A stretch of DNA of 64,000 nucleotides, taken from contig NZ_JAYSFG010000002.1 of NCBI RefSeq assembly GCF_041913445.1, positions 227,061-291,060 of the forward strand. Reading direction: 5' to 3'. This document shows positions 50,160 to 59,478 of the stretch, one piece after another; position 1 is the stretch's first letter; each line of letters opens with the position of its first letter. Source of the DNA: Tabrizicola sp. Lineage in GTDB: Bacteria; Pseudomonadota; Alphaproteobacteria; Rhodobacterales; Rhodobacteraceae. The notes beneath the pieces were generated by a model, which worked only from the letters and a program-made list of their open reading frames with translations, had not been told where the DNA came from and did no database searches. Made by a program: the position numbers and the translations under genes.

Positions 50160-51374
50160 ATGGACGTGTTGACGACGGCGAAGGGGCAGGCTGGGTTGCC
50201 GCGCTATTTCGCCATGGCGTTCGAGACTGCGGGAAAGCTGGGCGAGGGGCGGCTGGACTTTGTCCTGCCCGACGGGCGGCGCTTCCGCGTGGAGGGCAAG
50301 GCCCCGGGCATCGCGGCCGAGGTGCGCGTCGTGAACCCCGACCTCTTTGCCCGGCTTGTGCGCGAGGGGGACCTTGGCTTCTGCGACGCCTATCTGGACG
50401 GCTGGTGGACGACGCCGGACCTGCAGGCCTTCCTGGACCTGGTCCAGCGGCCGGCGAACAATATGGTCAACGACGGCTACCCGGGGCTCAAGCTGGTGCG
50501 GGCCTACGAGCGTCTGCGCTTCTGGTTGCAGTCGAATTCGAAACGGCAGGCGAAGAAGAACATCAGCTACCACTATGACCTGGGCAACGACTTCTACCGG
50601 CTTTGGCTGGACGAGACGATGACCTATTCCTCGGCCATCTTCGAGAACCCGCAGGAGAGCCTGGAGGCCGCGCAGACCCGGAAATATGCCAGCATGGTGG
50701 ACCTGATGGGCGCGCGCGAAGGCGACCATGTGCTGGAGATCGGATGCGGCTGGGGCGGCTTTGCGGAATATGCCGCGAAGGAGCGGGGACTGCGGGTCAC
50801 CGGCCTGACCATCAGCCGGGCGCAGCATGACTATGCCGTCGAGAGGATGCGGCGCGCGGGCCTGTCGGACCGGGTGGAGATCAAGCTGCAGGATTACCGC
50901 GACGAGCGGGGGTCCTACGACGGGATCGCCTCGATCGAGATGTTCGAGGCAGTGGGTGAGCGCTATTGGCCGGTCTATTTCCAGACCCTGCGTGAGCGGC
51001 TGAAGCCTGGTCGCCATGCGACGCTGCAGATCATCACCGTGCCCGATGCCCGGTGGGAGATCTACCGCCGGGGCGTCGATTTCATCCAGAAATACATCTT
51101 CCCCGGCGGCATGTTGCCCGCGCCGTCCGTGCTACGGGCCGAGGTGGAGAAGGCGGGCCTGCAGGTGAAGGGCTCGATCGAGTTCGGCGAAAGCTACAGC
51201 CTGACCTTGCGCCGCTGGCACGACACCTTCAACGAACGCTGGGGAGAGGTCCGCAAGCTGGGCTTCGACGACCGTTTCAAGCGGATGTGGGACTTCTACC
51301 TCGCCTCTTGCGCGGGCGCGTTTCAAGGTGGAAACTGCGACGTGACGCAAATCACGGTGACGCGTCCCAGTTGA
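50160..51374 (+). CDS. cfa: CFA-synthase-family SAM-dependent fatty-acyl methyltransferase
   Basis: NISYHYDLGNDFY, MTYSSA, LEIGCGWG, SIEMFE, YIFPGG; alternative start at 50097. Confidence 0.9.
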   Translation: MDVLTTAKGQAGLPRYFAMAFETAGKLGEGRLDFVLPDGRRFRVEGKAPGIAAEVRVVNPDLFARLVREGDLGFCDAYLDGWWTTPDLQAFLDLVQRPANNMVNDGYPGLKLVRAYERLRFWLQSNSKRQAKKNISYHYDLGNDFYRLWLDETMTYSSAIFENPQESLEAAQTRKYASMVDLMGAREGDHVLEIGCGWGGFAEYAAKERGLRVTGLTISRAQHDYAVERMRRAGLSDRVEIKLQDYRDERGSYDGIASIEMFEAVGERYWPVYFQTLRERLKPGRHATLQIITVPDARWEIYRRGVDFIQKYIFPGGMLPAPSVLRAEVEKAGLQVKGSIEFGESYSLTLRRWHDTFNERWGEVRKLGFDDRFKRMWDFYLASCAGAFQGGNCDVTQITVTRPS

Positions 51375-51384
51375 GGGGTAGGGC

Positions 51385-51837
51385 ATGGCAACTCCGATGC
51401 CGACGGCGGCAAAGTTGATGGCAGCAGCTTCGTTCGCGGTCGTGGGCTGGATCCTCGCGAACTACTACGCAGTAAACATGCCCGATGCCGCCGCAGCGGG
51501 ACCGATCCGCGAGGGGGCGGCGCTGGTGGGTGTCGTCGTCGGGTGGTCGGTGATGGGCAACTCGGTCGGCAAGGGCTATGTCGAAGCGGCCGGGGCAGGG
51601 ATCAAGACGGCGGTGATCCTGGCCGTCGTTGCGCTGTTCCTTCTGGCCTTGGCGGAGATGCTCGAGAACTCGGTCCGGATGCGTTACGAGGATGCGATGG
51701 AGGCCATCCTGGCGGTGGTCGACACGATGGCAAAGCGGTCGCACGCGCTGGTGTCGCTGGGCGTGTTCGGAACGGTCCTTCTGGGCGGGATCGTCGCGGG
51801 GCTTCTCACCGAGAACGCCGGTCGGCGCTGGAAGTGA
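51385..51837 (+). CDS. trgA: TrgA-family membrane protein
   Basis: MPTAAKL, G.GY..A...G, 4 TM; phr-cfa-trgA-trgB synteny as in R. sphaeroides. Confidence 0.8.
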   Translation: MATPMPTAAKLMAAASFAVVGWILANYYAVNMPDAAAAGPIREGAALVGVVVGWSVMGNSVGKGYVEAAGAGIKTAVILAVVALFLLALAEMLENSVRMRYEDAMEAILAVVDTMAKRSHALVSLGVFGTVLLGGIVAGLLTENAGRRWK

Positions 51838-52670
51838 CCCGACTGTCGATGTCGGGCTGGCCGGTCGCGCTGCGCGAGGCGGTGGCGGGTCCGGAGTGCG
51901 AGCAGTTCCTGGTGGATGTGCTGGGGGAGGATCCCGCGCCGGAGCTGGTGGCGGTGGTCCTGCGCTATTGGGGTCATCTGTCGGCCGAGGCGGTCCGGCG
52001 CCGGCTTCCCGCCCTGCGGGTGGAGGCAGACAGTCGGGCGCGTGCGGCGGGCTCGGTGGGCCGTGGGGTGCGGACCGGCTCGGGGGAGGTCGAGGTGGGG
52101 CGCCGGGTGCCCTCGCATTCCGGGTTCTTTGCGCTGGATCTGTGGCACCTTCGGCACCGGCGGTTTGACGGGGCGATGAGCCCCCCGCTGGTGCGCGAGC
52201 TGTTCGTCGCGGGTGATGCGGTGACGGTCTTGCCCTATGATCCGGTACGCGACCGGGTGCTCTTGGTGGAACAGGTGCGGATGGGACCCTTGGGCCGGGG
52301 CGATCCGCTGCCGTGGCAGCTGGAGGCCATCGCAGGACGGATCGATCCGGGCGAGACCCCCGAAGAGGCCGCGCGGCGCGAGGCGGTCGAGGAGGCGGGG
52401 CTGGTCCTGGGGGCGCTGGAGAAGGTGGCGGAATACTATCCGACACCGGGGGCGGTGACGGAATATCTCTATTCCTATGTCGCGCTCTGCGACCTGCCGG
52501 ACGGGATGGCCGGGGTCTTCGGTGCAGCGGAGGAGGCCGAGGACATCAAGGGGCACCTTCTGTCCTTCGACCGGCTGGTCGAGGTCATGGCGGCTGGCGA
52601 GATCGGGAACGCGCCGCTTTTGCTTACGGTGCTGTGGCTGCAGCGCGAGCGGGCGCGGCTGCGCGAGTAG
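51834..52670 (+). CDS. trgB: NUDIX hydrolase, TrgB/ADP-ribose pyrophosphatase-like
   Basis: AVTVLPYDP.RD.VLLVEQ.R, Nudix box GRIDPGETPEEAARREAVEEAG; GTG overlaps trgA stop. Confidence 0.75.
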   Translation: MTRLSMSGWPVALREAVAGPECEQFLVDVLGEDPAPELVAVVLRYWGHLSAEAVRRRLPALRVEADSRARAAGSVGRGVRTGSGEVEVGRRVPSHSGFFALDLWHLRHRRFDGAMSPPLVRELFVAGDAVTVLPYDPVRDRVLLVEQVRMGPLGRGDPLPWQLEAIAGRIDPGETPEEAARREAVEEAGLVLGALEKVAEYYPTPGAVTEYLYSYVALCDLPDGMAGVFGAAEEAEDIKGHLLSFDRLVEVMAAGEIGNAPLLLTVLWLQRERARLRE

Positions 52671-52674
52671 GGAG

Positions 52675-52732
52675 GGTGGGCAGATTGCCCACCCTACAGG
52701 CCGCAACGCGTAGGGTGGGCGAAGCGCCCACC
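52675..52732. repeat. GTAG-family REP doublet (inverted pair)
   Basis: GGTGGGC-AGATT-GCCCACC-CTAC (52675-97) and GTAG-GGTGGGC-GAAGC-GCCCACC (52710-32). Confidence 0.85.
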
Positions 52733-52737
52733 GCCCG

Positions 52738-53898
52738 TCAGAGGTTCAGGCTGACCCAGGCGCCGTTGCGGGCCGAGGACCGCACGCAGGCATCGACGAA
52801 AGCCACGCCTTCCAGGCCTTCTTTCAGGCCCGGGAAGGTGGTGCCTTCGGGAACCGGCGTGCCGGTCTTGGCGGCGCGGATGGCGCGGGCGGCTTCGGTG
52901 TAGATGTTGGCGAAGCCTTCGAGGTAGCCCTCCGGGTGGCCGGGCGGGATGCGGGTCAGGCGTCCGGCCTCGGGTCCCGAACCGGCGCCGCCGCGGGTGA
53001 TCTTGCGCTTTTCCTGGCCGAAGGGGGTGAACCAGAGGTAGTTCGGATCCTCTTGCGACCATTCGAGGCCGCCTTTGGTGCCGTAGACCCGCAGGCGGAG
53101 GCCGTTCTCGTTGCCTGGCGCGACCTGGCTGCACCAGAGCATGCCCTTGGCCCCGCCCTCGTAGCGCATCAGCACATGGCCGTTGTCGTCGACGCGCCGG
53201 CCGGGGACGAAGGCGGTGAGGTCGGCGGCGAGCGTGTCGAGGGTGAGGCCAGTGACGAAGTTCGCAATGTTGAAGGCGTGGGTGCCGATGTCGCCGGTGG
53301 AGCCGCCAGCGCCGGAGCGGGCGGGGTCGGTGCGCCAGTCGGCCTGCTTGTTGTCGACGTCCTGCGTGAGCCAGTCCTGGACATACTCAACGTTGACGAG
53401 GCGGAGCTCACCCAGGTCTCCGTTCGCGATCATCGCCTTGGCCTGCCGGATCATCGGGTAGCCGGTGTAGTTGTGCGTGAGCGCGAAGACGACGCCCGAG
53501 GCCTCGGCAGCTTTCGCCAGTTTCTTGGCCTCGGGCAGGGTGGCGGTCAGCGGCTTGTCGCAGATGACGTGGATGCCGCGCTTCAGGAACTGCATCGCGA
53601 CGGGGGCGTGCATGTGGTTTGGGGTCACGATGGCCACCGCGTCGATGCCGTCCTTGCGGCGGGCTTCCTTGGCGGCCATTTCGGCGAAACTGGTGTAGGC
53701 GCGGGGGACGCCGAGGTCTTGCGCGGAAGCCAGTGCTTTTTCCGGGTTGGATGAGAAAGCGCCTGCAACCAGTTCATATTGATCGTCAATCCGCGCGGCG
53801 ATGCGGTGGACGGCGCCGATGAAGGCGTCGCGTCCGCCGCCGACCATGCCAAGGCGGAGGCGTTCGGGGCGGGCGGTGTGGGCGGCGTCGATGGGCAT
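52738..53898 (-). CDS. Gfo/Idh/MocA oxidoreductase
   Basis: GMVGGG, IVTPNHMH, ICDKP, GDIGTH. Confidence 0.92.
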   Translation of the reverse strand: MPIDAAHTARPERLRLGMVGGGRDAFIGAVHRIAARIDDQYELVAGAFSSNPEKALASAQDLGVPRAYTSFAEMAAKEARRKDGIDAVAIVTPNHMHAPVAMQFLKRGIHVICDKPLTATLPEAKKLAKAAEASGVVFALTHNYTGYPMIRQAKAMIANGDLGELRLVNVEYVQDWLTQDVDNKQADWRTDPARSGAGGSTGDIGTHAFNIANFVTGLTLDTLAADLTAFVPGRRVDDNGHVLMRYEGGAKGMLWCSQVAPGNENGLRLRVYGTKGGLEWSQEDPNYLWFTPFGQEKRKITRGGAGSGPEAGRLTRIPPGHPEGYLEGFANIYTEAARAIRAAKTGTPVPEGTTFPGLKEGLEGVAFVDACVRSSARNGAWVSLNL

Positions 53899-53901
53899 GT
53901 C

Positions 53902-54957
53902 TTACTCCAGTCCAAGCATGCGGCGGTTGGCGGCGCGGTCGGTGCCGGCGTCGGCGAAATCGTCGAAGGCTTTTTCTGTCACGCGGATGATGTGGGCGTC
54001 AACGAAGGCGGCCCCTTCGCGCGCGCCGTCCTCGGGATGTTTCAGGCAGCATTCCCATTCGACCACGGCCCAGCCGTCGTAGCCGTATTGGGTGAGCTTC
54101 GAGAAGATACCGCCGAAATCGACCTGCCCGTCGCCTGGGGAGCGGAAGCGGCCCGCGCGGTTGACCCAGCTTTGGAAGCCGCCGTAGACGCCCTGGCGGC
54201 CGGTGGGGTTCAGCTCGGCGTCCTTGACGTGGAACATCTTGATCCGGTCATGGTAGATGTCGATATGATCAAGGTAATCAAGGTGTTGCAAGACGTAGTG
54301 CGAGGGGTCGTAAAGCATGTTGGCCCGCTTGTGGCCCTTCACTCGGTCGAGGAACATCTCGAAGGTGACGCCGTCGTGCAGGTCCTCACCCGGGTGGATT
54401 TCGTAACAGACGTCGACGCCGCAGTCCTCGGCGTGGTTCAGGAGGGGCGTCCAGCGGCGGGCGAGTTCGTCGAAGGCTTCCTCCACCAGCCCAGCGGGGC
54501 GCTGCGGCCAGGGGTAGAGGTAGGGCCAGGCGAGCGCGCCGGAGAAGGTGGCGTGGGCGGTGAGGCCGAGGTTCTTCGAGGCAGTCAGCGCCTTCTTCAC
54601 CTGGTCCACGGCCCATTCGGCGCGGGCCTTCGGGTTGCCGCGGACGGAGGGTGCAGCAAAGCCGTCGAACTGGGTGTCATAGGCGGGGTGGACGGCGACG
54701 AGCTGGCCCTGCAGGTGGGTGGAGAGCTCGGTCACCTCCAGCCCGGCGTCCTTCGCAATTCCCTTGAACTCGTCGCAGTAGGTCTTTGATGAGGCAGCCT
54801 TTTCCAGGTCGAAGAGCCGGCCGTCCCAGCTGGGCACCTGCACGCCCACGTAGCCGCAGTCGGCGGCCCATTTGGTAATCTCGCCCCAGGAATTGAACGG
54901 AGCGGTGTCGCCCGCGAACTGCGCCAGGAAGAGGGCCGGGCCCTTGATCGTCTTCAT
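53902..54957 (-). CDS. Sugar phosphate isomerase/epimerase (AP_endonuc_2 TIM barrel)
   Basis: YEIHP, YDPSH, FHVKDAE, VVEWEC metal ligands. Confidence 0.88.
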   Translation of the reverse strand: MKTIKGPALFLAQFAGDTAPFNSWGEITKWAADCGYVGVQVPSWDGRLFDLEKAASSKTYCDEFKGIAKDAGLEVTELSTHLQGQLVAVHPAYDTQFDGFAAPSVRGNPKARAEWAVDQVKKALTASKNLGLTAHATFSGALAWPYLYPWPQRPAGLVEEAFDELARRWTPLLNHAEDCGVDVCYEIHPGEDLHDGVTFEMFLDRVKGHKRANMLYDPSHYVLQHLDYLDHIDIYHDRIKMFHVKDAELNPTGRQGVYGGFQSWVNRAGRFRSPGDGQVDFGGIFSKLTQYGYDGWAVVEWECCLKHPEDGAREGAAFVDAHIIRVTEKAFDDFADAGTDRAANRRMLGLE

Positions 54958-54978
54958 CTGCATCCTCCACTTCCGGGC

Positions 54979-56016
54979 CTAGCGGCCCTGTTCCACCTTG
55001 ACCGGAACCTCCAGCCCCTGCCGGGCCGTCCAGTCGCGTTTGTCGATCTCGGCCACGAGCGCCCGGGCCAGGAATTCGCCGGCGCGGCCCACGTCTTCGC
55101 GCACGATGAGGATGTCCTTGCGGAAACGGCGCAGGACGGCGATGGCCTCTTTCGCCACCACGTCGAAGTCGCGGCCGATCTGCCGACCCGACGCCTCGGC
55201 CCCGGCGATGGTGGCCATCGCGGCGGTGGTCGAGCCGACAAGGATGCCGTCGGGCGGGTTCGGCAGGGCGAAGCGGGCGGCGATGGCGGCCTCGACCGCC
55301 TCGCCTCCGCTGTCCGAGGTGACGTGTTCGGAAACCTCGAAGGGGACGCCAAGCAGGGCCGCTTCATCCGAAAAGCCGAAGATCATGTGGCGGGCATACA
55401 TGTGCGCGCGAGGCGGCGGGACAAGGAGAAGCCGCTTGCGGCCGCGTTCGATCATCGTGCGCGCACCGAGACGGCCGTAGGCCTCGTTGTCGAAGTCGTA
55501 GAACGCATGGTCGAGCCCCATGTTCGTCCGGCCATGCGCGGCGAAGGGGAAGCCGTGGTCGTGCATGTAGCGGATGCGGGGGTCGTCTTCCTTGGTCTGG
55601 TTCAGGATGATCCCGTCGGCGCTTTCGGTCTCGACGATGTAGCGGATCGGCTCCATCGGGTCCTGGTCGGGGAAGAAAGGGGTGACGATCAGGTGGTAGG
55701 CGGTGCCGCGCAGCGCGTTGGCGATCGAGTAGATCAGCCGCGAGGTGTGGTTCATCACGTCGGTTTCGGTCGAAAGGACCAGCGCGATGACGTTGGTCTT
55801 GCCCGTGCGCAGGCGCACACCCGCGCGGTTCGGGCGGTAGCCGAGCTGGGCAGCGGTTTCGCGGACGCGCTTCTTCGTCTCTTCCCCGATGTCGGGCGCG
55901 TCCTTGAGGGCGCGGGAGACGGTGGCGATGGCAAGGCCGGTCGCGGCGGCGATGGTCTTCAGCGTCGGGCGCTGGGTGTCCGAATCGGGGGTGGGCAGAT
56001 CAGAGAGCGTGGCCAT
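54979..56016 (-). CDS. LacI-family transcriptional regulator
   Basis: TLKTIAAATGLAIATVSRAL, YRPNRAG..LRT. Confidence 0.93.
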   Translation of the reverse strand: MATLSDLPTPDSDTQRPTLKTIAAATGLAIATVSRALKDAPDIGEETKKRVRETAAQLGYRPNRAGVRLRTGKTNVIALVLSTETDVMNHTSRLIYSIANALRGTAYHLIVTPFFPDQDPMEPIRYIVETESADGIILNQTKEDDPRIRYMHDHGFPFAAHGRTNMGLDHAFYDFDNEAYGRLGARTMIERGRKRLLLVPPPRAHMYARHMIFGFSDEAALLGVPFEVSEHVTSDSGGEAVEAAIAARFALPNPPDGILVGSTTAAMATIAGAEASGRQIGRDFDVVAKEAIAVLRRFRKDILIVREDVGRAGEFLARALVAEIDKRDWTARQGLEVPVKVEQGR

Positions 56017-56286
56017 GTCGCCCACCGTTTGCATGCGAACATCCGGGAAGGCGAGAGCGAATCTGCCAATGTGATTCGCGCCGGGTCGCCGGTTTTGCAG
56101 CCGCAGCGCAAAGGGCCCGACCGGTGAGGGGAAGCTCCCGTCCGGCAAGGGTTTCAGCGCGGTTTTGGCGGTGCAGCATCGGGGTGGTTTTCCCTGGATT
56201 TCCGACCCCTTCGGGCGCGGATCATCCCCCCATGAAAACTTCTGCGAAGGGCACAAACAAGCGAAAAGATGTGTTGATCGACAAAA

Positions 56287-56324
56287 CTATAACGTTATAG
56301 GCTATTTCTATAACGTTTTAGAAA
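56287..56324. promoter_or_regulatory. Tandem LacI-type operators
   Basis: CTATAACGTTATAG perfect palindrome (56287-300) and TTTCTATAACGTTTTAGAAA (56305-24), CG-centred, 21 bp apart. Confidence 0.75.
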
Positions 56325-56338
56325 CCGGGAGGAACGGT

Positions 56339-57562
56339 ATGAAACTTTCGAAGATGACAGCGCTTCTGGCGATGTCCGTGGCGATGCCCGCCATGGCCAC
56401 CGAGCTTGAGGTCACCCATTGGTGGACCTCGGGCGGGGAAGCTGCGGCCGTGGCCGAGCTTGCCAAGGCCTTCGACGCCTCGGGCGACAAATGGGTCGAC
56501 GGCGCGATCGCCGGCGGCGGTGGCACCGCGCGTCCGATCATGATTTCGCGCATCACCGGCGGCGACCCGATGGGCGCAACCCAGTTCAACCACGGCCAGC
56601 AGGCACTGGAACTGGTCGAGGCCGGGCTGATGCTGGACCTGACCGACGTGGCGGAAGCCAACAACTGGAAGGAAGTCGTCTTCCCGCCGTCGCTCCTGGA
56701 TGCATGCACCGTCGACGGCAAGATCTACTGCGCGCCGGTGAACATCCACTCGCCGGAATGGCTGTGGCTGTCGAACAAGGTCTACGAGGATCTGGGCCTG
56801 CCGGTCCCGACCAACTGGGACGAGTTCGTGGCCAGCGCCGACAAGGTGCGTGAAGCGGGCAAGATCCCGCTGGCTCTGGGCGACCAGCCCTGGCAGTCGA
56901 ACCTTGCCTTCGGCGCGATGCAGATCGCCGTTGCCGGTCTGGATGCCTGGAAGGCCGTGAACGTCGACAAGAACATGGACGTGGCCGCAGGGCCGGAATA
57001 CGCCAAGGTCTTCGCCGCCGCTGCCGCAGCGCGCGAGCTGGCCAAGGGGTCGAACGTCCAGGACTGGAACCAGGCGACCAACCTTGTCATCACCGACCAG
57101 GCTGCGGGCCAGATCATGGGTGACTGGGCGCAGGGCGAATTCCAGGTCGCGAACGAAGTGGCTGGCAAGGACTATACCTGCCTGCCGGGCCTGGGCCTGA
57201 ACGAGTACATCTCGACCGGCGGCGACGCCTTCTACTTCCCCAAGCTGGATGACCCGGAGAAGGAAGCCGCGCAGAAGCGTCTGGCCGCGCTGCTGGTTTC
57301 GCCGGAAGTGCAGGTGGCCTTCAACCTGAAGAAGGGCTCGCTGCCGATCCGCGGGGACGTCGATCTGGCCGCTGCCAACGACTGCATGAAGAAGGGCCTG
57401 GAGATCCTGGCCGGTGGCAACATCGTCCCCTCGGGCGACATGGTCTGGTCGCCGGACGTCCAGAAGCTGAACGAAGACCTGATGGTCGAGTTTTGGAAGT
57501 CGGACATGCCGGCGGAAGAGGCCCACGCCAAGTGGGTGGAGAACCTGAAGACCGGTCTCTGA
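56339..57562 (+). CDS. Sugar ABC transporter substrate-binding protein
   Basis: Signal peptide; HWWTSGGEAAA, IMGDWAQGEF, FNLKKGS. Confidence 0.92.
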   Translation: MKLSKMTALLAMSVAMPAMATELEVTHWWTSGGEAAAVAELAKAFDASGDKWVDGAIAGGGGTARPIMISRITGGDPMGATQFNHGQQALELVEAGLMLDLTDVAEANNWKEVVFPPSLLDACTVDGKIYCAPVNIHSPEWLWLSNKVYEDLGLPVPTNWDEFVASADKVREAGKIPLALGDQPWQSNLAFGAMQIAVAGLDAWKAVNVDKNMDVAAGPEYAKVFAAAAAARELAKGSNVQDWNQATNLVITDQAAGQIMGDWAQGEFQVANEVAGKDYTCLPGLGLNEYISTGGDAFYFPKLDDPEKEAAQKRLAALLVSPEVQVAFNLKKGSLPIRGDVDLAAANDCMKKGLEILAGGNIVPSGDMVWSPDVQKLNEDLMVEFWKSDMPAEEAHAKWVENLKTGL

Positions 57563-57577
57563 GACTGTCTTGACGAC

Positions 57578-57608
57578 AGGGGGCCGTCCGCACCGGGCGG
57601 CCCCTTTT
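57578..57608 (+). terminator. Hairpin after the SBP gene (stabiliser or terminator)
   Basis: GGGGCCGTCC...GGGCGGCCCC followed by TTTT. Confidence 0.65.
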
Positions 57609-57641
57609 CGCACCTGAAGGTCGCAAGGGGGGCAGTGACCG

Positions 57642-58574
57642 ATGTCTATTGCAAGCGAGGCGGACGCAGTTCGCAGCAGTTCCGGGGCCAGGCCCCGCGC
57701 GCGGTGGACCCGCAACATCAGCGCCAAGATCGCGGCGATTCCGATGGTTGCGACCGCGCTGGTGGTGTTTCTGGGCGGCACGATCTGGACCGTCGTTTAT
57801 TCCTTCACCAACTCGAAGCTGCTGCCCAAGGCGAATTTCGTGGGCTTCGACCAGTACGAGCGGCTCTGGTCGCAAAGCCGCTGGCTGGTCTCGATCGAGA
57901 ACCTCTTGTTCTACGGCGTGATGTCGCTGGTCTTCACGGTGGTCATGGGTTTTGTCCTGGCCGTGCTGATGGACCAGAAGATCCGCTTCGAAGACACGTT
58001 CCGCACGATCATGCTGTATCCCTTCGCGCTGTCCTTCATCGTGACGGGGCTGGTCTGGCAGTGGATCCTGAACCCGCAGTTCGGCATCCAGGGCGTCGTG
58101 CGCGACCTGGGCTGGACAAGTTTCACCTTCGACCCGCTGACCAACCCCGACACCGTACTTTACGGCCTGTTGATCGCGGGGCTGTGGCAGGGGACGGGCT
58201 TCGTGATGTGCCTGATGCTCGCCGGCCTGCGCGGCATCGACGAGGATATCTGGAAGGCCGCCCGCGTCGACGGCATCCCGACCTGGAAGACCTATGTGAT
58301 GGTCATCATCCCGATGATGCGCCCGGTCTTCATCACGACGCTGGTGATCGTCGCGAGCGGAATCATCCGGCTTTACGACCTGGTGGTCGCCATGACCTCG
58401 GGCGGTCCCGGTGGCAACGCGTCCCAGGTGCCGGCGATGTATGTCTACGACTACATGTTCCAGGCGCAGAATCTTGGGCAGGGCTTCGCGGCCTCGACCA
58501 TGATGCTTCTCAGCGTGCTGATCGTGCTGATCCCCTGGGCCTATCTGGAATTCGGAGGGAAGAAGCATGGCTGA
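57642..58574 (+). CDS. Sugar ABC permease
   Basis: Multi-TM; EAA-like KAARVDG. Confidence 0.92.
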   Translation: MSIASEADAVRSSSGARPRARWTRNISAKIAAIPMVATALVVFLGGTIWTVVYSFTNSKLLPKANFVGFDQYERLWSQSRWLVSIENLLFYGVMSLVFTVVMGFVLAVLMDQKIRFEDTFRTIMLYPFALSFIVTGLVWQWILNPQFGIQGVVRDLGWTSFTFDPLTNPDTVLYGLLIAGLWQGTGFVMCLMLAGLRGIDEDIWKAARVDGIPTWKTYVMVIIPMMRPVFITTLVIVASGIIRLYDLVVAMTSGGPGGNASQVPAMYVYDYMFQAQNLGQGFAASTMMLLSVLIVLIPWAYLEFGGKKHG

Positions 58575-59475
58575 CGTCTCGATGGCCACGGCCATGTCCG
58601 GACCGCGCGGCGCGAAGCCGAAGAAGACCCTGAGCGGTCGCAACATCATGCTGTACGGCATCCTGATCGTCGTCTGCGTCTACTACCTGCTGCCCCTCTG
58701 GGTGATGGTGATGACCAGCATGAAGGGGATGCCCGAGGTCCGGTTGGGCAACATCTTCGCCCCGCCGGTGGAGGTAACGTTCCAGCCCTGGGTCAAGGCC
58801 TGGTCCGAGGCCTGCACGGGCCTGAACTGCGACGGCCTTTCGCGGGGCTTCTGGAACTCGGTCCTGATCACGGTGCCTTCGGTCATCGTGTCGATCGCCA
58901 TCGCATCCGTGAACGGCTATGCGCTGATCAACTGGAAGTTCAAGGGATCGGACGTGTTCTTCACGATCCTGATCTTCGGGTCCTTCATCCCCTACCAGAT
59001 CATGCTTTACCCGATCGTGATCCTGCTGCGCGAGATGGGGATCTACGGGACGCTCTGGGGTCTGATCATCGTCCACACGATCTTCGGCATGCCGATCCTG
59101 ACGCTTCTCTTCCGGAACTACTTCAGTTCGATCCCGGAGGAGCTGTTCAAGGCCGCCCGCGTCGATGGCGCCGGGTTCTGGGGCATCTACTTCCGCATCA
59201 TGCTGCCGATGAGCCTGCCGATCTTCGTGGTGGCGCTGATCCTGCAGGTGACGGGGATCTGGAACGACTTCCTGTTTGGCGTGGTCTTCACCAAGCCCGA
59301 CCTCTACCCGATGACCGTTCAGCTGAACAACATCGTCAACTCGGTCCAGGGGGTGAAGGAGTACAACGTCAACATGGCCGCGACGGTCCTGACGGGCCTG
59401 GTGCCGCTGGTTGTCTACTTCGTCTCTGGCAAACTCTTCGTGCGCGGTATCGCCGCCGGTGCCGTGAAAGGCTGA
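58567..59475 (+). CDS. Sugar ABC permease
   Basis: FWNS, ELFKAARVDGA, WNDFL. Confidence 0.92.
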   Translation: MADVSMATAMSGPRGAKPKKTLSGRNIMLYGILIVVCVYYLLPLWVMVMTSMKGMPEVRLGNIFAPPVEVTFQPWVKAWSEACTGLNCDGLSRGFWNSVLITVPSVIVSIAIASVNGYALINWKFKGSDVFFTILIFGSFIPYQIMLYPIVILLREMGIYGTLWGLIIVHTIFGMPILTLLFRNYFSSIPEELFKAARVDGAGFWGIYFRIMLPMSLPIFVVALILQVTGIWNDFLFGVVFTKPDLYPMTVQLNNIVNSVQGVKEYNVNMAATVLTGLVPLVVYFVSGKLFVRGIAAGAVKG

Positions 59476-59478
59476 CAC

